NCBI GenBank assembly: GCA_034530615.2
Contig: JAVRCV020000073.1
Coordinates: 191,027 to 255,026 of the forward strand
Direction: 5' to 3'
DNA length: 64,000 bases
Origin: Aulosira sp. ZfuVER01
GTDB taxonomy: Bacteria > Cyanobacteriota > Cyanobacteriia > Cyanobacteriales > Nostocaceae
Shown piece by piece: positions 1 to 8,636 of the stretch. Within the stretch, counting starts at the first letter, position 1; each line of letters begins with the position of its first letter. The notes under the pieces were generated by a model. It was not told the origin of the DNA. It made no database searches and was given only the letters and a program-made list of their open reading frames with translations. A program made the position numbers and the translations under genes.

Positions 1-310
1 TTAAAGCTGCGGTCTGCTTAATATCTTTAACCAAATTCTCTAAGTAAGGTTTGGCAATATTCTTGTTGTTGGAAATTACCGTATTACAGCCGCAGAAATA
101 GCAAGCACTCTGACAAAAGGGAATGTGGAAATACAAAGACAAGGGAGTTTTTCTTTGATTTGAGGCGGCGATCGCAGTTTGCAAATCACTTGTGGTAAAT
201 GCTTCGCTTAACTCAGTAGCAGGTGGGTAACTGGTGTATCTGGGTGCAGGAGCATCATACTTTTGGATCATCTCTAGATCGAATTTGACACCAGGTAAGA
301 GAAAAACCAT
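1..310 (-). CDS. hemN: Oxygen-independent coproporphyrinogen III oxidase (radical SAM), 5' part only; truncated by the window edge
   Basis: Manual translation from ATG at 310: MVFLLPGVKFDLEMIQKYDAPAPRYTSYPPA...LSLYFHIPFCQSACYFCGCN. It has the PRYTSYP motif and CxxxCxxC; GGAGG RBS upstream. Confidence 0.93.
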   Translation of the reverse strand, partial: MVFLLPGVKFDLEMIQKYDAPAPRYTSYPPATELSEAFTTSDLQTAIAASNQRKTPLSLYFHIPFCQSACYFCGCNTVISNNKNIAKPYLENLVKDIKQTAAL

Positions 311-2067
311 CAAAACCTCCGAATACCGCCGATTAGTTGTATGGCCAGCCACAGACTCAGAATGTCTGTCAGTTCACAGTCAATGGCAGAGTTAAAGAAT
401 TGTTATTCTAGGGTTAGACAGGATTCGCATCACTCGATTTAGCAAACAGCACTGCCGATGCGATCGCTGCCATTTTTATTTCTCCCAAAATTATTTAACT
501 ATTTATATTTGTATAACTATAAAGCTATTAATATTTCTTTATCTTTTTCTGTGTGTGAAGGCACATCTTGGGCTGGAATGGGACATTTGTCATTTATTAT
601 TTCTCTGCATCCCTGCATCTTTTTGTCTCCCTCACCCCCCTCATCTCCCTTGGCCCCCAATCGAGCAGTGTTTTGAAAAAAATCAGAAATTGACAGAGAT
701 ATTACTAATTCCACGCAGCAGTACTAGTATTTTATTTCTGGGCTATTAACTAGCTCAAAACTAATATTTTGATGTGAGGTGTATAACCCCTCAGCAATTT
801 ACAAAAAGTTTTTCTATAATTACAAGGGCTGAATTATATTAACGTCTTAGACATTTTTTAAACTGTCTAATGTTCTATAACTGCATAAATATGATTTAAT
901 AACTAAAAATGATAACTAACTGTACATTTTTAGTCAGCCAGGAGCAGCAAATAAAGAAATTCACAAAAAAGTATTTGGTTATAAATAAATTTTTTTTTAT
1001 ATTTCCTCCATTTACTTATCATAAATTTCACATATTTTCTTTCACTGTTCCTAAATTTTGAAGTAACCTAGGTTTTATTAAGCAACTTACTTAAATATCT
1101 ACCATTTAGCTGAAAAATAGGAATTTTCAGTTACTTACTATGACAATATCCTTTTAGCTAGGAAATAAGCCTATGGATCAATAAAAACTCAAGAAGTTGC
1201 CCAGAGCAGCTACTAACATAGAATTGTGTGCGCTGGTTCGGTATCAGACATCGGTAATGCGGTAGTACATAAAGAACAAGCCTAGCCAGAGTTTGCAAAC
1301 TGACTGAGATTTACTATGTAATTCTCGGAATTTATCTGTTAATTTGAGAATTAAGTACTTAATATTGTGCTAAGTAGCTAATTTACTCCCATTACAGTTA
1401 AATTTGCTCAATGCTTGTAAAAACCTTGCTTTCTGCCAAGTCGGTAGCAATTAAATCTGATTACGCACAATCATCGCATAAAATATTAACTGACTCACCC
1501 TTGATAGTAATTCACTGTTATTGAAAAAGTAATAATTTTATCTAAGCATACAGAGAAAACCTTCACAATCTCTAATTCGGATAAAATAATAAACTGTTGG
1601 TTTACTTAGTTACAATAAATACGGTGAGTTTAAATGGAGTCAAACCCAAGGCTGAATTAGCTGCAATCTCATAGCAAGGAAAAACCCCTAGTAGTCGCGC
1701 TGTTGTCGCCTAAAGGCACTCAGGCGGTAGTCTACTAGTAAACACTTGCGTTACTGTGATATGAGCTAGATTAGCGAAAGATACAGAAAGTAAAGCTGAT
1801 TTTTGGAATACTGTTTCCTAGCAAGAAGTCTAGCCATTTTGCTATTTGGCAATAGCATGGCTGTTCTACTTCAGCACGAGTGCAGTTTGATGCACTATAG
1901 TGTGACAGGGAGTGGGGAGTTTAGGAGTGGGCGATTTGCCTGTACTCATAGTAGATGTGAAGCGCTATGTTTATCTGAATGCACTTCCGATTTTATCCCT
2001 GTAATGCTGGGAAAGGGTTTCCACAACATTCAACTGCAAATATTGCTTTTATACTAGAGCCGTCCCA

Positions 2068-3156
2068 ATGAAGACACTTCCTATTAGTAGATATCGGTTT
2101 TTTCAAAAATTACAGCCCCTATCTCTTTTAAAAAAAGTCACTAATAAGTCTGTTACCGGGTGCTTGCAAGTATTTAGTACATCAGGTTCCTGGTCAATAT
2201 ATATAGATGAAGGCAAACTGATATATGCTTGCTACTCGGAGAAAATCTTTGAACCGCTATATAGAAACTTGCAGCACTTGAGTCAGCAAATTTCTACTAT
2301 TCCTCAAGGAATTGATGCGCAGTTACGAGCCATATTTGAAACAGGGATTGACAATCAAGCAATACCAAATCCAGATTATCTAGCTATTTGTTGGTTAGTC
2401 AATCAGAAATATCTGACTTCTTCCCAAGCAGGAGTTTTGATCGAACAATTGGCGTTAGAAGTTTTAGATTCATTTTTGAAGGTGGAAGAAGGAAGTTATG
2501 AGTTTATTCCTGAAAGCTTTTTGGATGATTTGCCAAAGTTCTGTTATTTGAATCTGCGACTATTGGTTGAACAGGGTCAAAAATATCGAGGAGAATCTGC
2601 TGGACAATCACCAATTTCTCAAAGACAGGGAGCATTTGCACGTCAAAACCCATCACAACCTTCAATAAAAGTCCCATCAGCATTAAGAACTGGCAGCAGT
2701 CAAGTAACAGAAAACCCCAACTATTCGCCCCATTATTCTAACAATCGAGGTGGTAGTCTTGAGCAAGTTTCTCCTCCTGCTAATGACAAAAAAATCTACA
2801 CTATCTTTTGCATTGATGATAGCCCAAGTGTATTGAATGCTATCAAAAACTTTTTGGATGAGCAAATGTTTTCTGTTGTGGGAGTTACAGATTCATTAAA
2901 AGCTTTAATGGAAATTCTTCGTACCAAACCCGACTTAATTTTATTAGACATTACCATGCCAAATTTAGATGGGTATGAGTTATGTTCTCTATTGCGTAAA
3001 CATTCACAGTTTAAAAACACTCCTGTGATTATGGTGACAGGAAAAACTGGTTTGATAGATAGAGCAAAAGCCAAGATGGTGAAAGCCTCAGGTTATTTGA
3101 CTAAGCCTTTTACACAAGGGGATTTACTGAAGATGATCTTTCAGCACATGGTGTAA
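2068..3156 (+). CDS. patA: Heterocyst patterning response regulator (PATAN domain + C-terminal receiver)
   Basis: N-terminus MKTLPISRYRFFQKLQPLSLLKK and AIPNPDYLAICWLVNQKY match Nostoc PatA as recalled. Receiver motifs IDD, LLDITMP, LTKPF. Confidence 0.9.
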   Translation: MKTLPISRYRFFQKLQPLSLLKKVTNKSVTGCLQVFSTSGSWSIYIDEGKLIYACYSEKIFEPLYRNLQHLSQQISTIPQGIDAQLRAIFETGIDNQAIPNPDYLAICWLVNQKYLTSSQAGVLIEQLALEVLDSFLKVEEGSYEFIPESFLDDLPKFCYLNLRLLVEQGQKYRGESAGQSPISQRQGAFARQNPSQPSIKVPSALRTGSSQVTENPNYSPHYSNNRGGSLEQVSPPANDKKIYTIFCIDDSPSVLNAIKNFLDEQMFSVVGVTDSLKALMEILRTKPDLILLDITMPNLDGYELCSLLRKHSQFKNTPVIMVTGKTGLIDRAKAKMVKASGYLTKPFTQGDLLKMIFQHMV

Positions 3157-3227
3157 ACACGTGGTGTAATTTTGCAATCAGCAGTATAACGATACCAGTC
3201 CAACATATTTCTCTAGGGGGTTGAGGG

Positions 3228-3623
3228 TTGAGTATTACTTGGGCTGGGAAAATTCTGCTTGTTGAAGATTCTCTGCGAGAATGGGTAACGATTAGTCATT
3301 ATCTCGGAGATTGGGGTTACAAAATTGTTAAAGCTTCTAGTGCGAAAGAGGCTTTAGAAATAGCATTGGAAGAAAGACCGAATGCGATTGTTACCGACGT
3401 GGTTATGCCAGGAATGAGTGGGTTTGAGTTATGCCGCTTCCTGAAAATCAATTTAACTAGTCAAAAAGTGCCAATTGTGGTCTGTAGTAATAAAAATCAG
3501 GCAGTTCATCATTCATGGGCGAGGAAACAAGGTGCCGATGTCTATTTAACTAAGCCTTATACTCCTGAAGATTTACTGAGTGCGATTAAATCCGCAACTG
3601 AGTGGAATTGTATTCTATCATGA
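3228..3623 (+). CDS. Single-domain CheY/PilH-like response regulator
   Basis: Motifs LVEDS, VTDVVMPGMSGFELCR, GADVYLTKPY; TTG start. Confidence 0.85.
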   Translation: MSITWAGKILLVEDSLREWVTISHYLGDWGYKIVKASSAKEALEIALEERPNAIVTDVVMPGMSGFELCRFLKINLTSQKVPIVVCSNKNQAVHHSWARKQGADVYLTKPYTPEDLLSAIKSATEWNCILS

Positions 3624-3647
3624 ATGGTTACAAATTAACAAGAGATA

Positions 3648-3753
3648 TTTGTCATTTGTTGCTTGTCATTTATAATTTATAGCTTGTCATTTTGTCATTG
3701 GGCATTGGGCATTGGGCATTGGGCATTGGGCATTGGGCATTGGGCATTGGGCA
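3648..3753. repeat. STRR-type heptamer tandem repeats (TTTGTCA-like, then about 8x TTGGGCA)
   Basis: Directly visible tandem heptamers. Confidence 0.9.
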
Positions 3754-3790
3754 AGAAGTAAAGAATCATGGGTTATTTTTCCCCTGTCCT

Positions 3791-3870
3791 CCCTTCGGGT
3801 GAAGCTCCTTCGTCGCTAACGCCAGTCGCCTGCGGAGGGAAACCCTCCCGCAGCGCTGGTCTCACCTTGT
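3791..3870 (-). repeat. Small dispersed hairpin repeat (copy at 63436-63495)
   Basis: 36-nt core CAGCGCTGCGGGAGGGTTTCCCTCCGCAGGCGACTG is identical to the 63.4 kb copy, in the opposite orientation. Confidence 0.85.
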
Positions 3871-3919
3871 CTCCCTTGTGCTTCATCCCCCCCTTTCTCC
3901 CTCATCCCCGCCAATACCT

Positions 3920-4669
3920 TCATAACCGGGGACGGCAACCAGATAAAATACTGTGCATATTCACCACAGAGCCAATGACTGCGATCGCAGGTGCGCCAAA
4001 TCCAGTTTTTTCTACTTGCTCGACTATTGTGCCAACTTGACCAATTAATTCTTCTTGATCTGGGCGCGTACCCCAACGAACTAAAGCAATTGGCGTTTCT
4101 AAACTCAAGCCTGCTGCTGTCAATTGCTCCACAATATAGGGCAGATTGTGAATCCCCATGTAAATAACTATAGTTTCCGAACCGTGGGCGATCGCATTCC
4201 AATTTACAGTAGGTCGATACTTACCCGCCGACTCGTGACCAGTCACAAAGGTGACAGATGAGCTATGCAACCGATGAGTTAAAGGAATACCCGCATAGGC
4301 TGGTGCGGCAATTCCTGATGTGATACCAGGCACAACTTCCACTGGAATTCCCGCTTTTACCAATTCTTCCATTTCTTCGCCACCACGACCAAAAATAAAC
4401 GGGTCGCCACCCTTGAGCCGCACGACTATGGCATGGTCTCGCGCCTTCTCAATCAGTAGTTGGGTTGTGTCTTCTTGTAATAGAGAATGTCGCCCCATCC
4501 GCTTACCAGCGTTGATTTTCTCTGCTTGGGGGTTAATCATCTCCAGAATTGCTTGACTCACCAAAGCATCATAGATAACTACGTCAGCACATTCCAGCAG
4601 GCCTTTACCCTTGAGAGTCATCAGTCCCGGATCTCCGGGGCCCGCACCTACCAAATAAACCTTTCCCAA
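3920..4669 (-). CDS. cobA: Uroporphyrinogen-III C-methyltransferase
   Basis: Motifs GKVYLVGAGPGDPGLMT, RLKGGDPFIFGRGGEE, VVPGITS. Confidence 0.95.
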   Translation of the reverse strand: MGKVYLVGAGPGDPGLMTLKGKGLLECADVVIYDALVSQAILEMINPQAEKINAGKRMGRHSLLQEDTTQLLIEKARDHAIVVRLKGGDPFIFGRGGEEMEELVKAGIPVEVVPGITSGIAAPAYAGIPLTHRLHSSSVTFVTGHESAGKYRPTVNWNAIAHGSETIVIYMGIHNLPYIVEQLTAAGLSLETPIALVRWGTRPDQEELIGQVGTIVEQVEKTGFGAPAIAVIGSVVNMHSILSGCRPRL

Positions 4670-4698
4670 AAACTTGTTCTCCTGTCTTTATGTGCGGT

Positions 4699-5424
4699 TC
4701 ATGTATCTATTAAATCCCAAATTAGCTGGGCTAATTCTTCTGTATTTGCTCCCAAGGGCTGCGCCAGATGGAAATTTACGAGCGGAAATTGTAATTTTAG
4801 CGTCTCTATTGATTGAGCGATCGCATCAGTTATGCCACCAGGGAATAAAAAGTATGGCAAAATTGCAATCTCCCTCTTGCCAACTGCAATCAACTCTTTC
4901 ACTCGCGATTCTAAACTCGGATCTATAGACCAATAAGCCGTAACTGCACCTAGATTTTCTGCCATTGCTTCTAGTGGCTGTTGCGAGCCAGGGCGACGGC
5001 TACCATGAGCTAATAAAATCCATGCAGCAATATTTTGGGTAGCTATTTGCTTGGCAATAAAGCTTTCTAAACTGGGATGACTACCTATATATGGTTGTAG
5101 GTCAACGATTATATCTTGACCAAGAGCCTCTTGAGCCAGAGTTATTTCATCGGGAATATCGTTCATAACGTGTACTCCCGGTAAGAGAAATAGGGGTATA
5201 ACCTTGAGGCGGTTACAATTAGCTGCAAAAGCGCTTTCGGCAAATTGTTTAATCTGCGCGTGTAAAGGTTCTGGACTCAGTTCTAAGTAAGCTATATCAA
5301 ATAGATTTTGTTGCTTGTTAGTGTTTTTTAATTTGTCACGTATCAACCCCGCCAACTGCTGCATAGCAATTTCTGGGCGCGGATCGCGACTTCCATGAGA
5401 TACCAGCAAATATGCAGACGACAT
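4699..5424 (-). CDS. cbiX: Sirohydrochlorin chelatase (CbiX/SirB family, two-domain)
   Basis: Two HGSR motifs, PLFLLPGVHV and PYFLFPG; adjacent to cobA; ATG at 5424. Confidence 0.85.
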   Translation of the reverse strand: MSSAYLLVSHGSRDPRPEIAMQQLAGLIRDKLKNTNKQQNLFDIAYLELSPEPLHAQIKQFAESAFAANCNRLKVIPLFLLPGVHVMNDIPDEITLAQEALGQDIIVDLQPYIGSHPSLESFIAKQIATQNIAAWILLAHGSRRPGSQQPLEAMAENLGAVTAYWSIDPSLESRVKELIAVGKREIAILPYFLFPGGITDAIAQSIETLKLQFPLVNFHLAQPLGANTEELAQLIWDLIDT

Positions 5425-5528
5425 GGGCAAGGGTTGAACTTTTACTAGTTATTTGTAATATGTTACAGAAAGTCGGCGGGAAAGCCTATGCCTTTAAGGC
5501 GTGAATGAATCTCCGCAACGTAGTAGCT

Positions 5529-6911
5529 CTAAAATCTAAAATTGGCATTACAGTTTGCCATTTTTGCAGTTAAAGCACTGACGTGTCGCCACAATTGAGT
5601 ACCACCAGCCCAATTGTGAGAGGGGAGATGTCCTAGAGGTGCTGACAAGCGAAAACATAATTGTTGAATAGGAGAAGTAGCGTTAGGGAGATTCCAGCCT
5701 ACAGCAGCGCAAAACTTGCCATAGTCACCATCAACGCTTTCGTAAATTTGCTTCTGTACGCTAAACCCAAAATGCCCGTTGCTATATTTGCTCCACAATT
5801 CATCAATTATTTCTAAATCCTCACAAGGCAAGTGTTCAATATCGCTAGTAAAAAAAAAGCTGCCTATAGGCTTTCTAATTGCTTGACACATCAGCACCCA
5901 AGTTTCTCGATCTGCTGATTGCCATTGTTTTAAAGCAAGTAGATCGCGCAAGTGATGATAATCCACTCCGGCTGCCGATCTCAATAGATGAACTGGCTTT
6001 TTCTGCGCAGGTGGAGAAGAAGCCAGTTTCAGCGCACAATTGAGCGCTTGCAGAACTTCAGCAGCAGATTTGTAACGCTGGGAGAGGGCATCTTGCAGTA
6101 GTTTATCAAGAATATCAGCGAGGCGAGGGTTTACTGCATCTTTACCTAAAATATAATCGCGCCACACCCAGCGATCGCTAGTTACATCAAACAAATCAAA
6201 GGGAGAAATCCCCGTTAATAAGTAAATACAAGTCACCCCTAAACTGTAAAGGTCACTAGCTGGTAGCGCTTTACCCCGCATTTGTTCAGGAGCCATATAT
6301 CCTGGACTTCCCACGGTTGTACCTGTGTGTAGCAAAGCTGTAGCGGTAATCTGTTTAGCAACTCCAAAGTCAATTAAAACGAGTTGCTGACCTGACGATC
6401 TCCGCATGATATTTTCTGGCTTAATGTCCCGATGGATCGCGTTTCGGACATGAATAAATTGCAGCACTGGTAACAACTCTTTTAAAAGTTCCCAAATTTG
6501 GGCTTCGCTAAAAACTCCTTGCTGTTGTAATTCCTGTGCTAATGTCTGTCCCGGAATCCATTCTTCCACTAAACACAGCTGATTTTCTTGTTCAAAGTAA
6601 TCCAGCAGTTGGGGTATTTGGGGATGCTGCAACTCACTCAGGCGGACTGCTTCCTGACGAAACAATTCCACTGCCTTCTCAAAGCTTTTCCCACTTGTTT
6701 CTGGGCAACAAAATTGTTTAATGACACACTTAGGTTGAGAGGGAAGATGTTCATCTACAGCCAAAAAAGTGATACCAAAGCCACCACGTCCAATCAGATA
6801 CAGTAAATGATAGCGGTCTTTGAGCAATAGTGGATTACCACATCTGGTACAAAATTTTGCTGTGTCAGAATTGTGCTGATACAGACAGCCAATGTTAGGA
6901 CAGAGTTTCAT
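5529..6911 (-). CDS. Hanks-type Ser/Thr kinase with N-terminal 4-Cys ribbon and C-terminal GUN4-like domain
   Basis: Motifs CPNIGC..CTRCG, GRGGFG, HRDIKPEN, DFG, YMAPE; C-terminal PCEDLEIIDELWSKYSNGHFGFSVQKQIY...APLGHLP. Confidence 0.9.
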   Translation of the reverse strand: MKLCPNIGCLYQHNSDTAKFCTRCGNPLLLKDRYHLLYLIGRGGFGITFLAVDEHLPSQPKCVIKQFCCPETSGKSFEKAVELFRQEAVRLSELQHPQIPQLLDYFEQENQLCLVEEWIPGQTLAQELQQQGVFSEAQIWELLKELLPVLQFIHVRNAIHRDIKPENIMRRSSGQQLVLIDFGVAKQITATALLHTGTTVGSPGYMAPEQMRGKALPASDLYSLGVTCIYLLTGISPFDLFDVTSDRWVWRDYILGKDAVNPRLADILDKLLQDALSQRYKSAAEVLQALNCALKLASSPPAQKKPVHLLRSAAGVDYHHLRDLLALKQWQSADRETWVLMCQAIRKPIGSFFFTSDIEHLPCEDLEIIDELWSKYSNGHFGFSVQKQIYESVDGDYGKFCAAVGWNLPNATSPIQQLCFRLSAPLGHLPSHNWAGGTQLWRHVSALTAKMANCNANFRF

Positions 6912-6986
6912 TACAAGGTAGAGCCTTCCTTGGGTCTACATAGAAGTATTCCCAACCAATACCAAATTCTCTCCTTGTGCTTAGTT

Positions 6987-7367
6987 CTATTGCTTTTCAG
7001 CAGAATACGTATAAAAGTTATTAAATGCGCCCACCGTCTCAAACTTATATGAAGGTATAAACGAATTTAATTTTAAATCAGTACGGTAAATACTAAAAAT
7101 CATAAAATCTTGTCTTTGTGTAGTTCCAGCAATAATTCCCCGCATTTGTGGGCTAACTGAATCCACTGCTTTTTGACAATTGAACTGTATTAAATTTTCT
7201 ATGATTCCCTGTGTTTTCTGGCAAACATCGGTTTTTAAATATTGTGTCAACCTTTGCACAGCATAAGCTTCATATTCCGCCTGAGTGGGATTTGAGTTCA
7301 CCATGATTACTCCCAATGCGGCTAGCCCTGCGGCTCCTAAATATGCAATAATTGTTGATGCTTTCAT
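6987..7367 (-). CDS. Conserved cyanobacterial exported protein (DUF4359-like)
   Basis: Signal anchor, then NSNPTQAEYEAYA and C-terminal FETVGAFNNF. Confidence 0.7.
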   Translation of the reverse strand: MKASTIIAYLGAAGLAALGVIMVNSNPTQAEYEAYAVQRLTQYLKTDVCQKTQGIIENLIQFNCQKAVDSVSPQMRGIIAGTTQRQDFMIFSIYRTDLKLNSFIPSYKFETVGAFNNFYTYSAEKQ

Positions 7368-7482
7368 GTCTTATCAGCTATGATTTGTTTTAGTCATCAG
7401 ACTGCAAATTAACTGAGTCCGTTCCAAGAAAAAAATTCTCTGGATCAAATCGGCAGAGACGTGTTATACTCAGATAGTTAAT

Positions 7483-7556
7483 GGCGAGCGTAGCCAAGTG
7501 GTTAAGGCAGTGGTTTGTGGTACCACCATTCGTGGGTTCGAGTCCCATCGTTCGCC
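7483..7556 (+). tRNA. trnH: tRNA-His (GUG)
   Basis: Cloverleaf with G-1; acceptor GCGAGCG/CGTTCGC; anticodon arm GTGGT-TTGTGGT-ACCAC; T-loop GGTTCGAGTCC; CCA not encoded. Confidence 0.96.
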
Positions 7557-8360
7557 CTCTATAAAAGTAGACTCATATATTCTGGCTAATCAGTGAGAGA
7601 TAGACTGTTGTTGGCAATACCAATAACTTTCACTTTAGCAAGAATTTTGTTATCTACAAACTAATCAATCAAGCAGATAGAAAGAGATATTTAATTATAT
7701 TAACTTAGATTATTTGTATTTAAAATGCCGATAATATAATCTGATTTATTAGTCAGGGTAGTTTCTCTATTTCCACCTCTACCTTAAGCAAGCCTTGCCA
7801 AGCATTAAATAAATAGTGGAAGCAGATCTGGCCACCTAAGTGTTTTCGTACATAGTCAACTATTAAAAGATTTCCGTAAGAAAGAGAAAAGTTAGTCCAC
7901 AGAATGCCAGCAAAGAGATAATCATGATATTGGCAATGCTATGGTCAGAATGATTGAGATATTGTGAATTATTAGCCATATTAATCGACCTAATTGCAAA
8001 TACTGATGATGCAATTTTAGATAGCTTGTAGCAATAATTTCCTGGCTAAAGAAAAAGTTGCTTTTAATTTATTTAGCTTTAATTAATTAGCTAATTTTGA
8101 AATGCAAAAATTAATTTTTTTGCGCAAATTACCAATTTATCATGATGTTTGATTTGACCCTTCCCTCTTATTCAAGGTTTAATAAATTGTCAATGCGGCT
8201 AATTTAGATGCCGATACAAAAATCATTATGACTCTTATTTTCTGATAAAACTTTACTTAGCTGATAGTGCATCTGTAAATTAGATTGAGTTATGAAACAA
8301 GAATTTTTCCAAGTCGTCTTTTAATGCTAGGACTCATTGTGATTACAAAGTCGATAGCTT

Positions 8361-8374
8361 GTAAAATTATTTAC
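8361..8374. promoter_or_regulatory. Candidate NtcA box upstream of susA
   Basis: GTA-aaattatt-TAC, an exact GTAN8TAC, about 260 nt upstream of the start. Confidence 0.55.
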
Positions 8375-8636
8375 TACAAATAAATAAAATAGCTGCAAAC
8401 CTTTTCTCTGAGAGACTTAGGGTTAATGCATCTAGAAAAAGTATGTAAAATTCTATGCCTTTAGTTAGAGTTCAAATTACTGAGTAATAGATATTTTAAG
8501 TAAAGTGAACAAAGTTTACTTGGCAGTCTTCATCAGGCAGTTATATCAAATCGTATTTATATGCGATTCAAAAATAATGTCAGAACTGACTTGTCTCTAG
8601 AGTCGAAAATACAAAATTAGCTTTTGGAGAGGTGAC

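Noticed and set aside
1803..2057. 84-aa ORF upstream of patA
   Set aside because: TTG start, Cys-rich random-looking composition, no RBS; probably patA leader sequence.
3768..4202. Short ORFs 3768-4040 and 3816-4202
   Set aside because: They derive from repeat DNA and overlap cobA.
5470..5520. IS200/IS605-like end hairpin (AAAGCCTATGCCTTTAAGGCGTG)
   Set aside because: Too short and degenerate, with no tnpA/tnpB remnant nearby.
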